DNA from: Elusimicrobiota bacterium
GTDB lineage: Bacteria; CG03; SLGR01; JAGXOG01
Assembly (NCBI GenBank): GCA_051745145.1
Contig: JBNJDT010000007.1
Coordinates: 1 to 61,711, forward strand
Direction of reading: 5' to 3'
Length of the DNA: 61,711 nucleotides
The notes under the pieces: model-generated
Databases searched by the model: none
What the model was told of the DNA's origin: nothing
Seen by the model: the letters and a program-made list of their open reading frames with translations, nothing else
Shown: positions 17,442 through 32,800 of the stretch, in pieces
Position numbering within the stretch: the stretch's first letter is position 1
Layout: every line of letters begins with the position of its first letter
Program-made: the position numbers and the translations under genes

Positions 17442-17650
17442 TGTTTGTAAAATAGTATAAATTTATTTTTTAGGGTGTAGCTGTAAGTATAATAACTATT
17501 TTAGTTCTGTTGCCGGTTTTTAGCGGATACGGTTCATTATATTTTTTTTACAATAGCCAATCCTGCCCTTTTATTATTAAATTCAAATAACTTGTTCAGT
17601 ATATTTATAAGTATTCAATTCATGTATAAAATAAATTTTAAACCCTGCAT

Positions 17651-17679
17651 TTGACAGGTATATTTTTTGATGTTATATT
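17651..17679 (+). promoter_or_regulatory. strong sigma70-type promoter of the giant-protein operon
   Basis: TTGACA (17651-56), 17 bp spacer, TGn extended -10, TATATT (17674-79). Confidence 0.7.
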
Positions 17680-17892
17680 TATTAACAAGAGTCTTCGTAC
17701 GCTGTCGCACGCAATCACAATAATGCAGACTTACTTTAAACTTCTGAGATTTGCTTATTTTGATACCACATTTTATAATAAAAGTTATTAAGAATGATAT
17801 ATTTGTTTTAATATTAGAAAATTTAAATTAATTATAAAAGTATACTTAAAATAGTTGGGGGTTAGAGTTAAGTATGCGGGCAAAAAATAAAG

Positions 17893-20800
17893 GTGAATAA
17901 ACTAAAAAAAATATTTTATATTAGCAAGGTTACATTACAGCTTAGCTGGATTTTATTCATTAGCTTTTCTATAAATTTATCTATTGTATCAGCTGAAGAT
18001 GTCTGGACCGATGAAACTGATACGGATTTTGATACCGGTACGTCTACGGGAATATATATCAACGGCGTTGATGAGAGCGCAACGTTAGATTTAGAATGGT
18101 ACGGGAAAGAAACCGGGGCGTCGCTTCCTGAAAATTTAGAATGGGCAGATCAGGATTTTAAATACCGGAAAAGAGTGCGATTACAGTCTCCCGCCAATTA
18201 TACTATCCGGGATTATCAGATAAGATTATCTTTAGATACCCAATCGCTCATAGATGAAGGTAAACTGGAAGCCGACGGCAGTGATCTGAGGTTTTTTAAC
18301 AGTGAGGGCTCAAGTATTCCCTTTTGGATTGAAAAAGGGTTAAATACTGCCGAAACATATATCTGGCTTAAGATTGATCATTTTAGCGATTTTGAAACAA
18401 AAGATGTATATATGTATTACGGAAATCCTTCGGCAGTAAGTCAATCGGATTTTGATTCCACATTTATATTCGGAGACCACTATACCGCTCCCTATGGCTC
18501 TTCCCCGGACAGTGATAAATGGGATAATATACAGTATCCGAGCCCCCCTCAAGATGCTAAAAGGGAAATTGTTGAGAATAGATTGCGGTATAAATTTAAA
18601 ACTACTACCTCCACCAGTAAAGGATGGTATGGACTAAGGAGTACGGAGACATATAATTTTTCTGGCGGTCGCCGGATTGCAATAGATATGGAGGCGTTTA
18701 CCTACGGGCCGGGCCGGGAATCTTATTTTTCTCTCTGTCCTACCGTATCCGAGCGTTCGGAAAGAGAAGATGATTTTATCCAGTTTAAAATTTTTCACGA
18801 TACTCCCTCATATGTGATCCGGCAACGCCATAGAGGGGGGTTTAATACTATTGTCAGTGAAACGGATTTAAGTACCGGTACCCACAAAATAGATTTTTTT
18901 ATTGATTCCTCAAATTTAGAAGTGGATTTAGACGGTCAGACTGTATATTCGGGTTCTGTGGACCTGGATTTTACTTCGGCTTATCTATACCAGGAAGCAG
19001 TGTCTGAATCTGATATTTTTGAATATTACAACTTTGACAATTTAAAGATATCCAATTGGGAAACTGATTCTCCGTATGTAAGAGATATATACGAAGAGCA
19101 GGGAAGATACAAACCCTCGGGTATTTACACTTCCAGAGTAAAAGACACCGGTGACCAGGGGACTTATTTTAGTGAAGTTGACTGGACGTCAACTATTCCC
19201 GACCTTACAGATATAAGTGCCCAGGTAAGAGCCCATGATGACCAGGTTGATTCGGGTACCTGGACAGCAGTTTCTAAAGGTGAAAATCCCGGCGTAGAAG
19301 GAAGGTATGCCCAGTACAGGTTGAATTTAAATACCCAAAAACCCATCGATACCCCCCAGATAGATAAAGTGGATGTATTTTATATTTATGCTCCCGGAGC
19401 TCCGGTAAAACTCAGCGGCACCGGTGAGGGGGCTACAAGAATCCGTTGGAAATGGGAGTCAAGTTCTACTGAAAAAAATAAGGAAGACGGTTTCAGAATT
19501 TTAGATACAACCGGCAATATTAAAGGTAGCGTAGGAGCAGATAGTAAATCGTGGGACGAACTGGAATTAGAAGCTAACACTCCTTATACCCGTAAAATTG
19601 AAGCGTATAATGTGGCCGGGGCAAATAAATCCACGTATTCAGTTACAGCTTATACTCTGCCTACAGCTCCCCAGGTAGGCTGCGATAAAGGGGCGGATTC
19701 CTGGTATGGATCGGGATCGACTTTTACGTTCACCAATTATGCCGGATTCGGCCGGGGTAGTCTGGAATATTACGGTTATAAATGGTCCACTTCCACAGCA
19801 TATAACTGGACGGGCAATGAGTCCCACTGGAATAGCGACAAGTTAAAAATACAGCCCCAGCAGACGGGCAGTTATTACTTACACGTTTTAGCTTACAATG
19901 CCGATGATGTGGCAGGATACGATACCTACTACGGTCCTTATAAGTACGATGAAAGTCCGCCGGCTGTTTCAAAAATAGAACCTTCTTCAAGTGCCTGGAC
20001 AAGTGCTTCTCCGGAGGTGGAGATTGACTTTGAAAAACCCACTGAGGGAGCAGAACTTTTTGCCTGGCGGTATAATATCAATGAATATCCCGAAAAGCCG
20101 GCTTTTGGATGGACGAATTGGAATGATGAAATTATGGATTCCACAGCTGCTACAGTGGGAGTGGAAATTGGAAAGGAGGGAAATAATTACCTTCATATTG
20201 AGGTGAAAGATACAGCGGATAACGGCGATTATGACCTGGGAGGAGTTTATGAGCTGGACTTTAGTTCCCCAACCGGTTCAATAGTAATTAATGACGGGGA
20301 TACTTATGTCTCAACTACCAGCGTAATCTTATCTTTAACATACGAGGATGAATTATCGGGAGTGGAAAAAGTGAGATTTCAGAATGGGGATTCAGGATGG
20401 GATGACTGGTTGGCTCCCGCTTCGGAAATGAACTGGTCGCTTTTAAAAGGCACGGGAACTAAAACGGTTAAGTATCAAATCAGGGACGGGGTGGGTAATA
20501 TGTCTCCGGTTTACAGCGATACAATAATTTTAGATAATTTATTTCCGGAAGTTGTAGGTTTTCGTCCTTCCTCACATACCTGGACGAATAGTATTGTGGA
20601 TGTGGCTATGGATTTTAGACATGAAGGTCCGGCAAAGTTAAGTAAATGGCAGTATGTCGTATCACCCAGCGAAACAGAACCGGATTCGGGCTGGTCGCTG
20701 TGGAAGACGGATATTGATGGCCAATCCACCGCTACCGTTACAGTAGGCGGGGAAGTTGGGGTGAATTATCTCCATGTAAAGCTCGAAGACGGCAGCGGAA

Positions 20801-23800
20801 AACAGATATACGATTCCAGCGGACCCTACAAAGTTGACCAGGGAAATCCGTCGGGAGATATATTAATAGAAGCCGGAAATGTATATACCCCCACAACAAC
20901 CGTTACCCTTAACCTTTCTTATGAAGATTCAAAGTCCGGAGTGGAAAATGTAAGGTACCGCAACCAGGGAAAAAGCTGGTCCGGCTGGGAGTCGCCGGTT
21001 TCAACAAAGACCTGGTTTTTAGATGAGACAGTAGGAACTAAGGTAGTAGAATATCAGGTAGAGGATAAAGCCGGCAATGAGTCTGATGTTTATGCGGACG
21101 ATATTATTTACGATCCCGTGGAACCGGAAATATATGATTTTAATCCCTCTTCCTCCGGCTGGGTAAATAATTTTATTGATGTCGATATCTTTATTAGCGA
21201 TGAAGGCGATTCTGATCTTGAAGAATGGCGGTATATGGTTACCGAAAGTACCAGCAAGCCTCAGGCGGGCTGGCAAAACTGGGACAGTTCAATCTCCGGA
21301 AGCAGCGATACAATGGTAGAAGTTCTGCTTACCGACACTTTAAATTATCTTCATGTTGAAGCTGCGGACAAGGCCAATAATAAAAGCTATGGATATTCCG
21401 GCCCCTATAGAATTGATACGGAAAACCCTACGGGTTCAGTATCGATAAATGACGGTGACGAATATACCGATTCGAAAGATGTAAAGTTATCTTTAAATTA
21501 TGAGGATGGTGTTTCGGGAATTGAAGAAGTCAGATACAGAAACGGCGGAGAAAACTGGACGGAGTGGCAAAACCCCGTATCCACCAGATCCTGGACGCTG
21601 TCATCGGGAACGGGTACAAAAGTCGTTCATTACAATATAGAGGACAGAGCGGGCAACTCAAAAAGTTATTCAGATTCTATAGTTTTAAGTTATTTTTCTG
21701 AAATGAATGCGGAAGATAAATCTACAATATCCTCCGGAGAATCTCAGAGTGAAACCGAAAATTTTACAGCGGAAGCTAAGTTAACCTGGAAATCAACCGG
21801 CGATGAACTTAAGGATAAAGAAGTTGTATTTAAATTTGAAGGGTCCTCCCATACTTCCACTACAAATAATAGTGGAATAGCTTCTGCAGATTTTGAGGTT
21901 CCTCAATCCTCGGGAATTTATTATTATACCGCTGAATTTGAAGGGGACAGTAAGTACGTAGCGTCAAGCGATACCGGAGTCCTTACCGTGGACCGGAGAA
22001 AAATAACTATAAGAACTTCGGACCGGCAGGTCACAGCTGGTACTGATTTTCAGGCTAAAGCCACAGTGGAAGATTATGAGACAGAAGAGCCTTTAAAGGG
22101 AAAATTAATTACTTTTACTTACAAGCCGTCCACTTATACTCCCACCTATACTTCTACGGCAACTACAAATGAGATGGGGGTAGCCACCACAACTTTTAAT
22201 TCCGGAACTACAGATGGCGCTTTTGATTTAGTAGGAAATTACGAGGGGAATTCTATATACCGGGAAGAATCCGGCGCCGGAGAGGTGGCCGTTGGACTGA
22301 GATTTACTATCACTACTCCATTTCCATCTACTACCTTAGCATTGGATACGTTCACGGTTTCCGGGCAAGTCAAGGACGCTGAAAATGGATACGGTATCGA
22401 GGGGGGGACAGTAAAATTCACCCTTAACGGAGCTACTAAAACAGCGGTTACGGGTACGGGGGACAGCGCCGGAGAAGCAGAAACCGGCTGGGGGGATTCG
22501 ATAACCGACGCCGGGGAATACAAATTGAATATGGAATTTTTAGGGCAGGGATCCTATATGGCCAGTTCCGGGACTTCAACCATTACAGTTAATCAAAGAC
22601 CCCTGGTTCATAATTTTAAGGGGGAAATGTGGGATTATACGGTAACTACAACTACAATGGTATCTGAAATTGTAGATGGAAATACTTCGGAAGGTGTCGA
22701 AGGGCTGGAAGTTATATACAAATTCAGAAATATAAATAATACGGCCTATACGGACAGCGCCGGTTCCAGTACATCCAGCTTTTATACCGGAAATAAAGCG
22801 GCTAAATATATTACTACAGCAACTTTCCGGGGCAATTCAACTTACAAAAAAGTTCAGTCAACCGAGACATACCGGATTTACCGCCGGCCGACAGTAACTA
22901 CGGCTTTTGATGTGGAGTCTTTAACCCTGTCTTCTTTTACGGCCACCGCCCGTTTAAGGACCAGCGGGGGAGTAAATATTGAAGATAGGAAAATTAAATT
23001 TACGTTTCCGGACGGGGTACAAAAAAGTTCTTTTACAAATTCTTCCGGTAAAGCCCAGGTTATTCACAATGCCCCTCCGGAAAAAGGAACCTATACTTAT
23101 GAAGCGGACTTTACCGGCGACGATACTTACGCCCCTTCCGGCGGGGATGCGGATTTAGCAGTTTCACCGCGTCCGGCTATAATTATTATTAACTCCAGTG
23201 ATTGGGGATGGGCCAGAGATCCCATTCACCTTAATGCCAAGCTGACGGACGGCATTTCAAATGAATTAATATCCGGGGCTACGCTACATTTTAGTTTATA
23301 CGAAAATTCAGAGACTATATCAGAAATAACTCAAGAAGGGGAGGAGTGGGCCAGTGCCGGAGAATTCAGTCCCATAAATGTTTCCGGGTATTATGATTAC
23401 GGCGTAACTTTTGACGGCAGCCTAACTTATGAGGCGGATTCGGATTCAGAAGTTTATCACAACAGTTCCAGAGATATAAATGTTAATGCTCCCGATTACG
23501 ATGAGGTATTTGCTTTAAGCACATTTACGCTCCGGGGCACTGTTAAAGATAACACCTACCATTATGATTCGGGGGTTAATCTGGAAGGTCAGGAAGCTGA
23601 CTATTATCTGGAAGGGGCCACTCATACAGCTACATTAACCGGTCAGCCTGGTTCTACCAGGGCTTTCGACGCCCCTGCGGAAATCCAGGCTCCGGGTGTT
23701 CCGGATAATTACAGTTATACTCTGAATTATTCAGGAGATGCAGCGTATGATGCAGGTTCGGATGGCGGTAATTTGGAGGTAATAAGAAGGCCTACAAATA

Positions 23801-26800
23801 TTAATTCTGCAAGCAAAGATCCGTATGCCGGCGATGAATTTTTAGCCAGTGCAGAGCTCGGGGATTCCAATTCCGGGGACCCGATCGAAGAAAAAGAGAT
23901 AACCTTTTATTTTGAAGGGAGTACAATTACTGCCGATACCGATAGTTCGGGGGTGGCAAAAGCTACCTTTACTGCTCCGGGAGTCCCGGGTATTTATGAA
24001 TATAGAGCTGCTTTCGGGGGTAATTATCTTTACGAACCCAGCTCGGGAACGGCAAGTGTTGATGTTCAAGAACGTCCCACCAGTTTAAGCCCCGCAGACC
24101 GCGAGCCGTACGCCGGAGAAGTATTTAATCCTAGAGCAACTTTATCGGATTCTGTTTCCGGAGATGAGATAGAGGGCGAAGAGGTGACTTTTTATTTTGA
24201 AGGAAACACCAGGACAGCTGTTACAGATGAAAACGGAGTAGCTAAATCTACGTTTACCGCCCCCATGGTATCTACTGAAACCTATAATTATACAGCAGGA
24301 TTCGAAGGTACTTATCTTTACGAATCAAGCAGCGGATCGGCGAGCGTAGATGTTCAAAAACGGCCCACCGGACTGGCCGCCGAAAGCAGGGATCCTTACG
24401 CCAATGATGAGTTTTATCCCCGGGCTACCTTAACCGACAATGTTTCCGGGGGAAGCGTAGAAGGAGAAGAAATCAAATTTTATTTTGAAGGAGAAACTAA
24501 AACAGCCCGGACAAATTCAAGCGGGGTGGCGGTGACCACCTTTACCGCACCTTCTGTTTCTACAGGGTCCTACAATTACACGGCAAGTTTTGAGCAGACG
24601 TATTTATACGAATCGAGTACCGGAAATGCTAATGTGGCTGTCCAAAAACGGCCCACCGGCCTGGCCGCAGAAAGCAGGGAGGTTTATGCCAATAACGAAT
24701 TTTATCCCCATGCGACTCTGTCGGATTCTGTATCCGGTGATAATGTTGAGGGAGAGCCGGTGAATTTTTATTTTGAAGGAGAAACTAAAACAGCCCAGAC
24801 AGATTCAAACGGTGTGGCCGTAACTACCTTTACCGCTCCCTCTGTTTCCACTAAATCCTATACTTATACGGCCGGGTTTGACGGTACGTATCTTTATGAA
24901 TCAAGTACGGGGACAGCTAACGTAAATGTCCAAAAACGGCCCTCCGCGCTGGCCGCAGAAAGCAGGGAAGTTAAGGCCAATAACCAGTTTAATCCCCAGG
25001 CTACGCTTACAGATACGGATTCGGGGGAAAAGATAGAAAACAAAGAAATATTATTCTATTTTGAAGGAGAAACTAAAACTGCCCTGACCGATTCAAGCGG
25101 AATGGCCATAACAACTTTTACCGCTCCCTCTGTTTCCACTGAAAGTTATTCCTATACAGCCAGTTTTGAAGGTACATACCTTTATGAATCAAGTACGGAT
25201 TCGGCCGGAGTTAATGTCCAAAAACGGCCTACGAATTTAACTGCTAACTTCAGAGAACCCTATGCCAACAACGAATTTCAAACTAAGGCTACACTTTCAG
25301 ATACGGATTCTTCGGAAAATATAGAAAATAAAGAAATAACCTTTAATTTTGAAGGAGAAACTAAAACAGCCCGGACAGATGCGCAAGGTATTGCCATAAC
25401 CACATTTACGGCACCTTCAGTTTCCACAGAAAGTTATTCCTATACGGCCAGTTTTGAGGGGACGTATCTATATGAATCCAGCTCTGGTACAGAAAACGTA
25501 AATGTCCAAAAACGGCCCACAAATTTATCGGCGGATACCCGGGAAGTGTATGCCAACAATGAATTTTATCCCCGGGCCACTTTAGGAGATACTGCTCCGG
25601 GGGACGAGAATATGGAAGGCGAGGAAATATATTTTTATTTTGATGGAAGTACAAAAACGGCTGTAACAGATAAAGACGGCGTGGCTATATCCACATTTAC
25701 CGCTCCCTCTGTTTCTACTGAAAGCTATAGTTATACGGCCAGTTTTAAGGGAACATATCTGCACGTGAAAAGTACGGGTACGGCGGAAGTTACCGTTAAA
25801 AAACGTCCCACAAGTTTAGCGGCAAACTCCAGGGAACCCTATGCCAACAACGAATTTTATCCCCGGGCCACGTTAACCGATACTGCCGAGGGCGGGGGAA
25901 GCGTGGAAAATGAGGAGATAGAGTTTTATTTCCGGGGCAGTACAAAGACAGCCCTAACCAACGGGGAAGGGGTGGCTGTAACTACATTTACAGCTCCTTC
26001 AGTATCCACTGAATCATATACTTATACGGCCGGTTTTAAGGGGACGTATCTTTATGTTTCCAGTACGGATACAGCCGGGGTTAATGTCCAAAAACGGCCC
26101 ACTTCCGTCTCGGCCGACAGCCGGGAGCCTCTGGCGGCCAGTACTTTTACAGCCCGGGCGGAACTTAAAGATATCGACGATAACAGTTTTATATCCGGCA
26201 AAGAGGTTAAGTTTATTTTTGAAGGAGCAACCAAGACCGCTACTACAGACGGGGTCGGGGTAGCTACGGTCAGTTTTACCGCTCCTTTAGATCCCCGGGG
26301 GGATTACTCTTATACATCCATATTTACGGGAGATTATCTTTATGAATCGAGCACGGGTTCGGCCAACGTAAACGTCCTTAAAAGACCTTCAAATATAAAT
26401 GTTCCCAATCAATGGGAATACGCTCTTGAAGATTTTACGGCCACGGCAGTTTTGACGGACAATGAAAACGGCGATGTTATTGACGATGAAGTTACATTTA
26501 CCAACAGCTGGTCTACTTCATCAGAAGTAGCTTTTTTAAATGAAGAAAATGATGACTACCGGGTTACTTTTACAGCTCCTTCTCCCCCGACCGGGACATA
26601 TACTTTTACTGCCTCTTTTTCGGGTAATAACTTGTATTCTGCAAGTACGGGTACGGCAAATTTAAGTGTTGTTAAAAGACCGACTGTAATAAATGCCTCA
26701 GAGCGTGAGCCCAGAGCCGATGATGAATTCCAGCTCAAGGCTAACCTTAAAGACGACTGGGGAGATATTCTTACCGATAAAAAAGTAAGTTTTAATCTGG

Positions 26801-29800
26801 ACTGGACTACCTATACTCAAACTGCCGATACCGAACAAGACGGCAACGCCTATCTTACAGTCACCGCCCCGGAAATTCCGGGTACATATTCTTACGAAGC
26901 CGGTTACGAAGGAAATTATCTTTATGAATCAAGTACTGATACAGCCCAGGTAGATGTAAAAAAGAGACTTTCCCAGCTTACCGCCTCGAGCAAAGATGTT
27001 CCAGTAGAAAATACCTTTACCGCGGGAACTACTCTCACCGATGCCGAAGACGGCTATGCCTTAGAGGGCGCTACGGTGACATTTACATTTGAGGAGGTAC
27101 AAAAAGCCACCGTTACGGATTCGGCCGGTAATGCGTGGGCTGATTTTGAAACTTCAACCCCCACGAGAAATACTTCTTATAAAGTGAATTTTAACGGCAG
27201 CCAGAAGCATCTAAGCAGTACTAAAACGGCCAGCGTAAATATACATTTAAGAGAGACCTCTGTTACCGGAGACGCCGTGGAGGTGGAAGTGGAAGATAAC
27301 TTTTTTGCCCGGGCCAGGGTTAAAGATGATGATTCGGGCAGTTACCTGGCAGACAGAAATCTGTATTTTGAATTTTTAGGTTCTACAGATACAGCTGCTA
27401 CCGGTCCCGCCGGGGAAAGGGCCGAGGTGAGTTATACGGCCCCGGTATCCACGGGAATATATTACTTTTCCGTGGACCATTCCAGCAGTCCGGTATATGC
27501 CGCCTCATCCGACCAGTCTCAGGTGAAGGTTATCCCCGCCGAGATGCAGCTTACTGCATATAGTAAAAATGTTTTAGCTCTTTCATCTCCCACCCTCAGA
27601 GCACATCTTAAAAATATGGTAGATGAAAGTAATTTTTCCAGTGCCACGGTAAAGTTTTTTATGTTAGGATCCACAGAAACTGAAAAGACCGGGGATGCCG
27701 GTAATGCATACGCAACTTTTGACTGGGATTTAATAGGCTCTACGGGCACCTATCAATATCAGGCCAGCTACGAGGGGGACGCCACTCACGATCCGGATTC
27801 GGATACAGCTAATCTTACCGTTGAGCGAAGGCCCACAAATATAGTGGCTTACAATAAAGAGACAAATGCCGGCGCTGATTTTAAAGCGGAAGCTGAATTA
27901 AAAGACCAGACCACAAATGATTTTATTAAGGATAAAACTGTATATTTTTACTTTGAGGGAAGTACAAAGACGGCCCTAACCAGCAGCGTGGGAATAGCCA
28001 CGGCCACTTTTACTACTCCCTCGTCTACCCAGACCCTCTCATATACCGCCGAATTTAAAGACGACGATCCCATATATATCGGCAATTGGGATACCGGGGA
28101 TGTAGAAATAGCCCAGAGCGAAACAAATATGGAAGTAACCCGGGTGGATGTATATCCGGGAGATGTTTTTGTGGCCACGGCCACCCTGACCAATGCCGTA
28201 AGCGGCAACCCGTTATCCGAAAAAGAAGTTACAATTACTTTTACTACCCATTCGGTCACGGATAATACTACCGGTGAGGGAATAGTAACCGGTGAGTTTA
28301 CCGCTCCCGTTTCCACGGGCAATTATAACATACATGCCAAATATGACGGCTCGGACAGTTATCTTGAAAGTTCCGATGATGATTATGCCGTGGTCCGAAA
28401 ATGTGAAACGACTATTGAAGCCCATAATAGATATTTTTATCTTAAAGAGACGGGAAATTTAGTTGCCGACCTTACAAGAGTGGACAACAGCACCGGTATT
28501 CCAAATAAAACTATAGAATTTGAAATAGAGGGCACCACCTATACTAAAACCACTGACAGTAACGGCCGGGCTGTAAAATATATCGGGGAATTAAGTACGG
28601 AGACTTTTCCGGTCTCCGGGAATTATACAGATTATGACTATGATTCCCGGTTTAACCAGGACGATTCAGATTACTATTACGGAAAAAGTAAAGACAACAG
28701 CCAGTTATTCAGAGTTCGCAAGAGACTTACTTCCCTTACAACCTACGACAGGGAAACCTATATTAACGGCCAGTTTACCGCCCGGGCGGATCTTAATGAT
28801 ACTACCGGGGACAGTGATGTGGCCTTAGAGGACAGAACTATTTTGTTTGACTTTGAGGGAAGCACAAAATCTGCGTCTACGGACTCGACCGGAAAAGCCG
28901 AGGTAACCTATGATGTGCCTGCAACTTCGGGAACTTATTCTTATACCGCCTCATTTAGCTCCTCCCCGGTGTACCGGGCGGCAGATTCAGACAGTAATGT
29001 CACGGTTTCCCGGATTCCCACCAGCATAACTCCCGATGATAAAAAGGTTAAAACCAACACCTCTTTTGATTTAAGGGGAAATTTACAAGATAATGATAGT
29101 AATTCTTTGGAAGATAAAGCAATAAAATTTGAGTTTCAGGAATCTACCGATTCTGCGGTAACTGATGCGAGCGGCTGGGCTCAAACCGGATACACTTCCC
29201 CCTCTACACCGGCAGTATATTACGGTTATCTTAACTTTGAAGGGAACAGCGAATACCAGCCTTCTAACGCTACAGCCACAATTACGGTAACTAAAAGTTC
29301 TACCACAGTGGATGCGGAGGACCTTTATGATCTTCCTCCTTCGTCGGTCTTTACGGCCACCTCCACAGTCACCGATGATGATACCGGAATTAGAGTGACA
29401 AATGTAGATGTTATGTATGTCATGTGGGACGGAAGTTCCCATACGGTTAATACCACAGGAAGCGGTATGGCGGAGTTTGAGTACAGTTCGCCGGATACTT
29501 TAGGAGAGTATGAATATACGGTAAAGTTTTTTGAAAATGATCAGTACTTTGCCAGTCAGTCAACCGGGATAGTGACCGTAACCCAGGGTACAAGTAAGAT
29601 ATCTTTGAGTTCTCCGACAGTTTATGTAGATAATGTGTTTTATGCCACGGCCACTTTAAAGAACGCCGTAAACGATGAACCCATAGAAGAAGCGGATATA
29701 CATTTTAATTTTGAGGGCATCGAAAAGATTACCCAGACTGATGAAATGGGAGTGGCTACGGTTACTTATACGGCAAACGTCCCCGAGGGGGATTCGGAAT

Positions 29801-32800
29801 ATGATCTTAACGCCTACTATCCGGAGACCGACTCTTTTACAGGGAGCAGTTCAACAACTACTGTCAATGTACTTAAAAGAGATACGGAGCTTACTTCGGA
29901 AGATATTTCAGCATACGTGGGCGATATAATCCAGTCCACGGCAACTTTAACGGATCTTCAGGCGTCCGCCGGAGTAGATCAGGAAACAGTAGAATTTAAC
30001 TATTACGAAAATTCGTCCGATCACCTACAAAACCGCCAGACCGATTCAGAGGGTGTTGCCGTAGCTACCTTTACCCCAACAGCCGCGGGAATGTGGGATA
30101 TGTATATAAATTTTTATGAAACCGCCAAGTACCGTGCTTCGTCCTCAACCCGGACGGTGGAAGTATCAAAAATCCCCACGACTTTAGAAGCTGAAGCTTC
30201 GACCGGGGTATATGTCACCGAGGAATTTTATCCCCGGGCCACATTGACAAATGATCTTGATAACGGGGGCATTGAAAATGAGACCGTAATTTTTGATATA
30301 AATTACGATACTTTTACGGCTTCCGGTACGGCCCAGACAAATTCAGATGGCCTGGCCATTGCTACATTTACAGCCAGTCAGGCCGGAAATATAACCTATA
30401 CTTCCACTTTCGAAGAAAATGATATGTATCTTGCAAGTACGGATACAGTAAATCTTGAGATAGACAGATACCCGGTTGATATTAAAGTGGACGACGTATT
30501 AACTACCGCCAATGAATACTTTAATTCTACGGCCACTTTAACCAATCCGGTACTTGCAGATGAGCCAATCGAAGATAAAGTTGCAGAATTTTCTTTCTAT
30601 AAGACCGACCCGCCGGAAGTAAAATACAGTACTACCGATGCCAGCGGGGAGGCCATAACGGAATTTTTATCTCCGTCTGAGGGCGGAGAATTTGAGATGG
30701 TAGTGCAGGTTGAACAAGATAGGATATATGAATCAACCTCTACCACAGCTAATGTAGTAGTAGAAAGAAGAGAAACCACCATCCAGAATGTGAATGATTT
30801 TACCGTGAAGGTCCAGGAATCTTTTACATCTACCGCTACCCTAAAAGATGCAGTTGACGATACCCCCATCGATACTGAAGATTTGAATTTTGTCTTTTTC
30901 GGGTCCACGCATACGGATACTACAAATGCCAGCGGCGAAGCCAGCGTCAGTGCCAATGCCGCTTCGCAGGTGGGCATTTACAGTTATAAAGTCTATTTTA
31001 ATGAGTCCGGTCTCTATAAATCCACTGAAGCTATAGCTGAAGTTACGGTTGAGCCGGCCCCCACAACATTAGACGCTGAATCCCATATTGAAGTGCTGGC
31101 CAACAGCGTTTTTCAGGCTACGGCCACTTTAAAAAATGAGCTCACCGAAGATCCGGCCCAGTCGGAGACAATAGAATTCACCTTTGAAGGTTCTACGGCT
31201 ACCGGGGAGACGTCCAGCTCGGGACTGGCCACAAGTTCCAATCTGGAAGTTGACGTGGGAGCCGGGGATTACATCTACTATGCTGATTTTAACGGATCTT
31301 CTAATTATACGAGCAGTTCGGATACGGGGACGGTGACGGTAAGTAAGAATCCCACAGAGACCCATACCGAAGATATTACCACGATGGCTTCCGGTTCTCA
31401 TCCCGGGGGTAAATTTCCGCCCGGCGGGAACAGGGATGTGTATTTTACTTCTACGGGTACGCTGCTTGATAGTAACGACAATCCGGTGGAAGGGAAAACT
31501 CTTGATTTTTATTTTGCCCAGGGCACCGATTTTTTTCAGGATGCTTCGGCCACAACTGATTCTGAAGGTAAGGCGGTAGTTACTGATTTTGTAAGTCCTA
31601 CTTCGGTGGGAACTTATGAGGTGGAAATAGACTTTTCTGGAGACGAAAGATACAAGGCCAGTTCGGGAACCGGCACGGTAGAAGTTACCGAAAGATACGC
31701 CACACTGAGTCTGGATGATTCTTACGCTACGGCTATGGAGGTTTTTACTTCCACGGTTTATGTGGAAGATTTTAACAGCGGGGAGCCGGTGGGAGGAAGT
31801 ACGATGACTTTTCGCTATGAAGAGGACTACAACAATAGTACAACTTATGAAGCAGTAACCGATACAATGGGGTATGCCTATGCCGAATTTACAGCGGCCG
31901 CCGATGCCAGCATTGACTATGATATGAAAGTAGACTTTTATGATGTCAACTACCAAACCAACTCCGCAGTTTCCACGGTATTTATGTCTAAGAGGGATAC
32001 GGCTTTAAATTTTAAAGATATAACCGGCGTAGTTTATGAGAATTTGACGGCTACGGCAACACTTGTAGATACTGTATCTGATCCTGATAGTTCTTTAAGT
32101 GATAAACAGATTTCGTTTACATTTCCGGAGGGTTTTTCGCCCACGTCCGCTTCAGATGATACAGATCTAACCGGGGAGGCGAATGCAGAGGTTACGGCCC
32201 CGGATACATACAATACCTATTATCCTACGGCTGAATTTCCGGGAGATAATACATATGCTTCTTCAAATTCGGATGCTCAGGCCGATATTTTAAGAAGAGA
32301 CAGCAGTCTTACCGTTCAGGATATGGCAGATCAGAAGGTCTATGATGTCTTTACAGTAACGGCTGCTTTTATCGACGAATACGGACCAGACGGGGATGTA
32401 AGCGGTCGGGACATAGAATTAAGATTTTATAACGGGACATCCACCCAGACTCAGACTTCCGTAACCGACAGCAGCGGGGAGGCCACGGCCGAATTTACTG
32501 CCCCGGCCCAGGCGGGAACCTATAGTTACAGCGCCCAATTTTCTACTGATTCTGCTTATAACGGCAGCGTAAGCGCAAGTAAAGACGTGGCAGTTTTAAA
32601 ACGCGATCCTGAGGTAGATGCAGTTGAGGTAAATACTGAAACCTACGATGAATTTGAAACTGTGGCTACCTTTACGGACCCGGATAGCGGGGGAGATGTG
32701 GAAAACAGGGAAATAAAATTTGTGTATTCGGGTACAACAACTATAGAAAAGACAAAATATACGGATGAAACCGGCCAGGCAACTGCCGGTTTTACGGCTC

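Noticed and set aside
17465..17572. Structured RNA (e.g. c-di-GMP-II on the minus strand) downstream of ankyrin copy 2
   Set aside because: Only weak end complementarity (AGGGTG...TGCCCT) and an AACCGGC fragment are present. The GGCAC/GUGC pseudoknot elements are missing and no minus-strand gene follows.
23790..26400. CRISPR array
   Set aside because: The periodic motifs are in-frame 288-291 bp protein-coding repeats, not 25-45 bp repeats with unique spacers. No cas genes are present.
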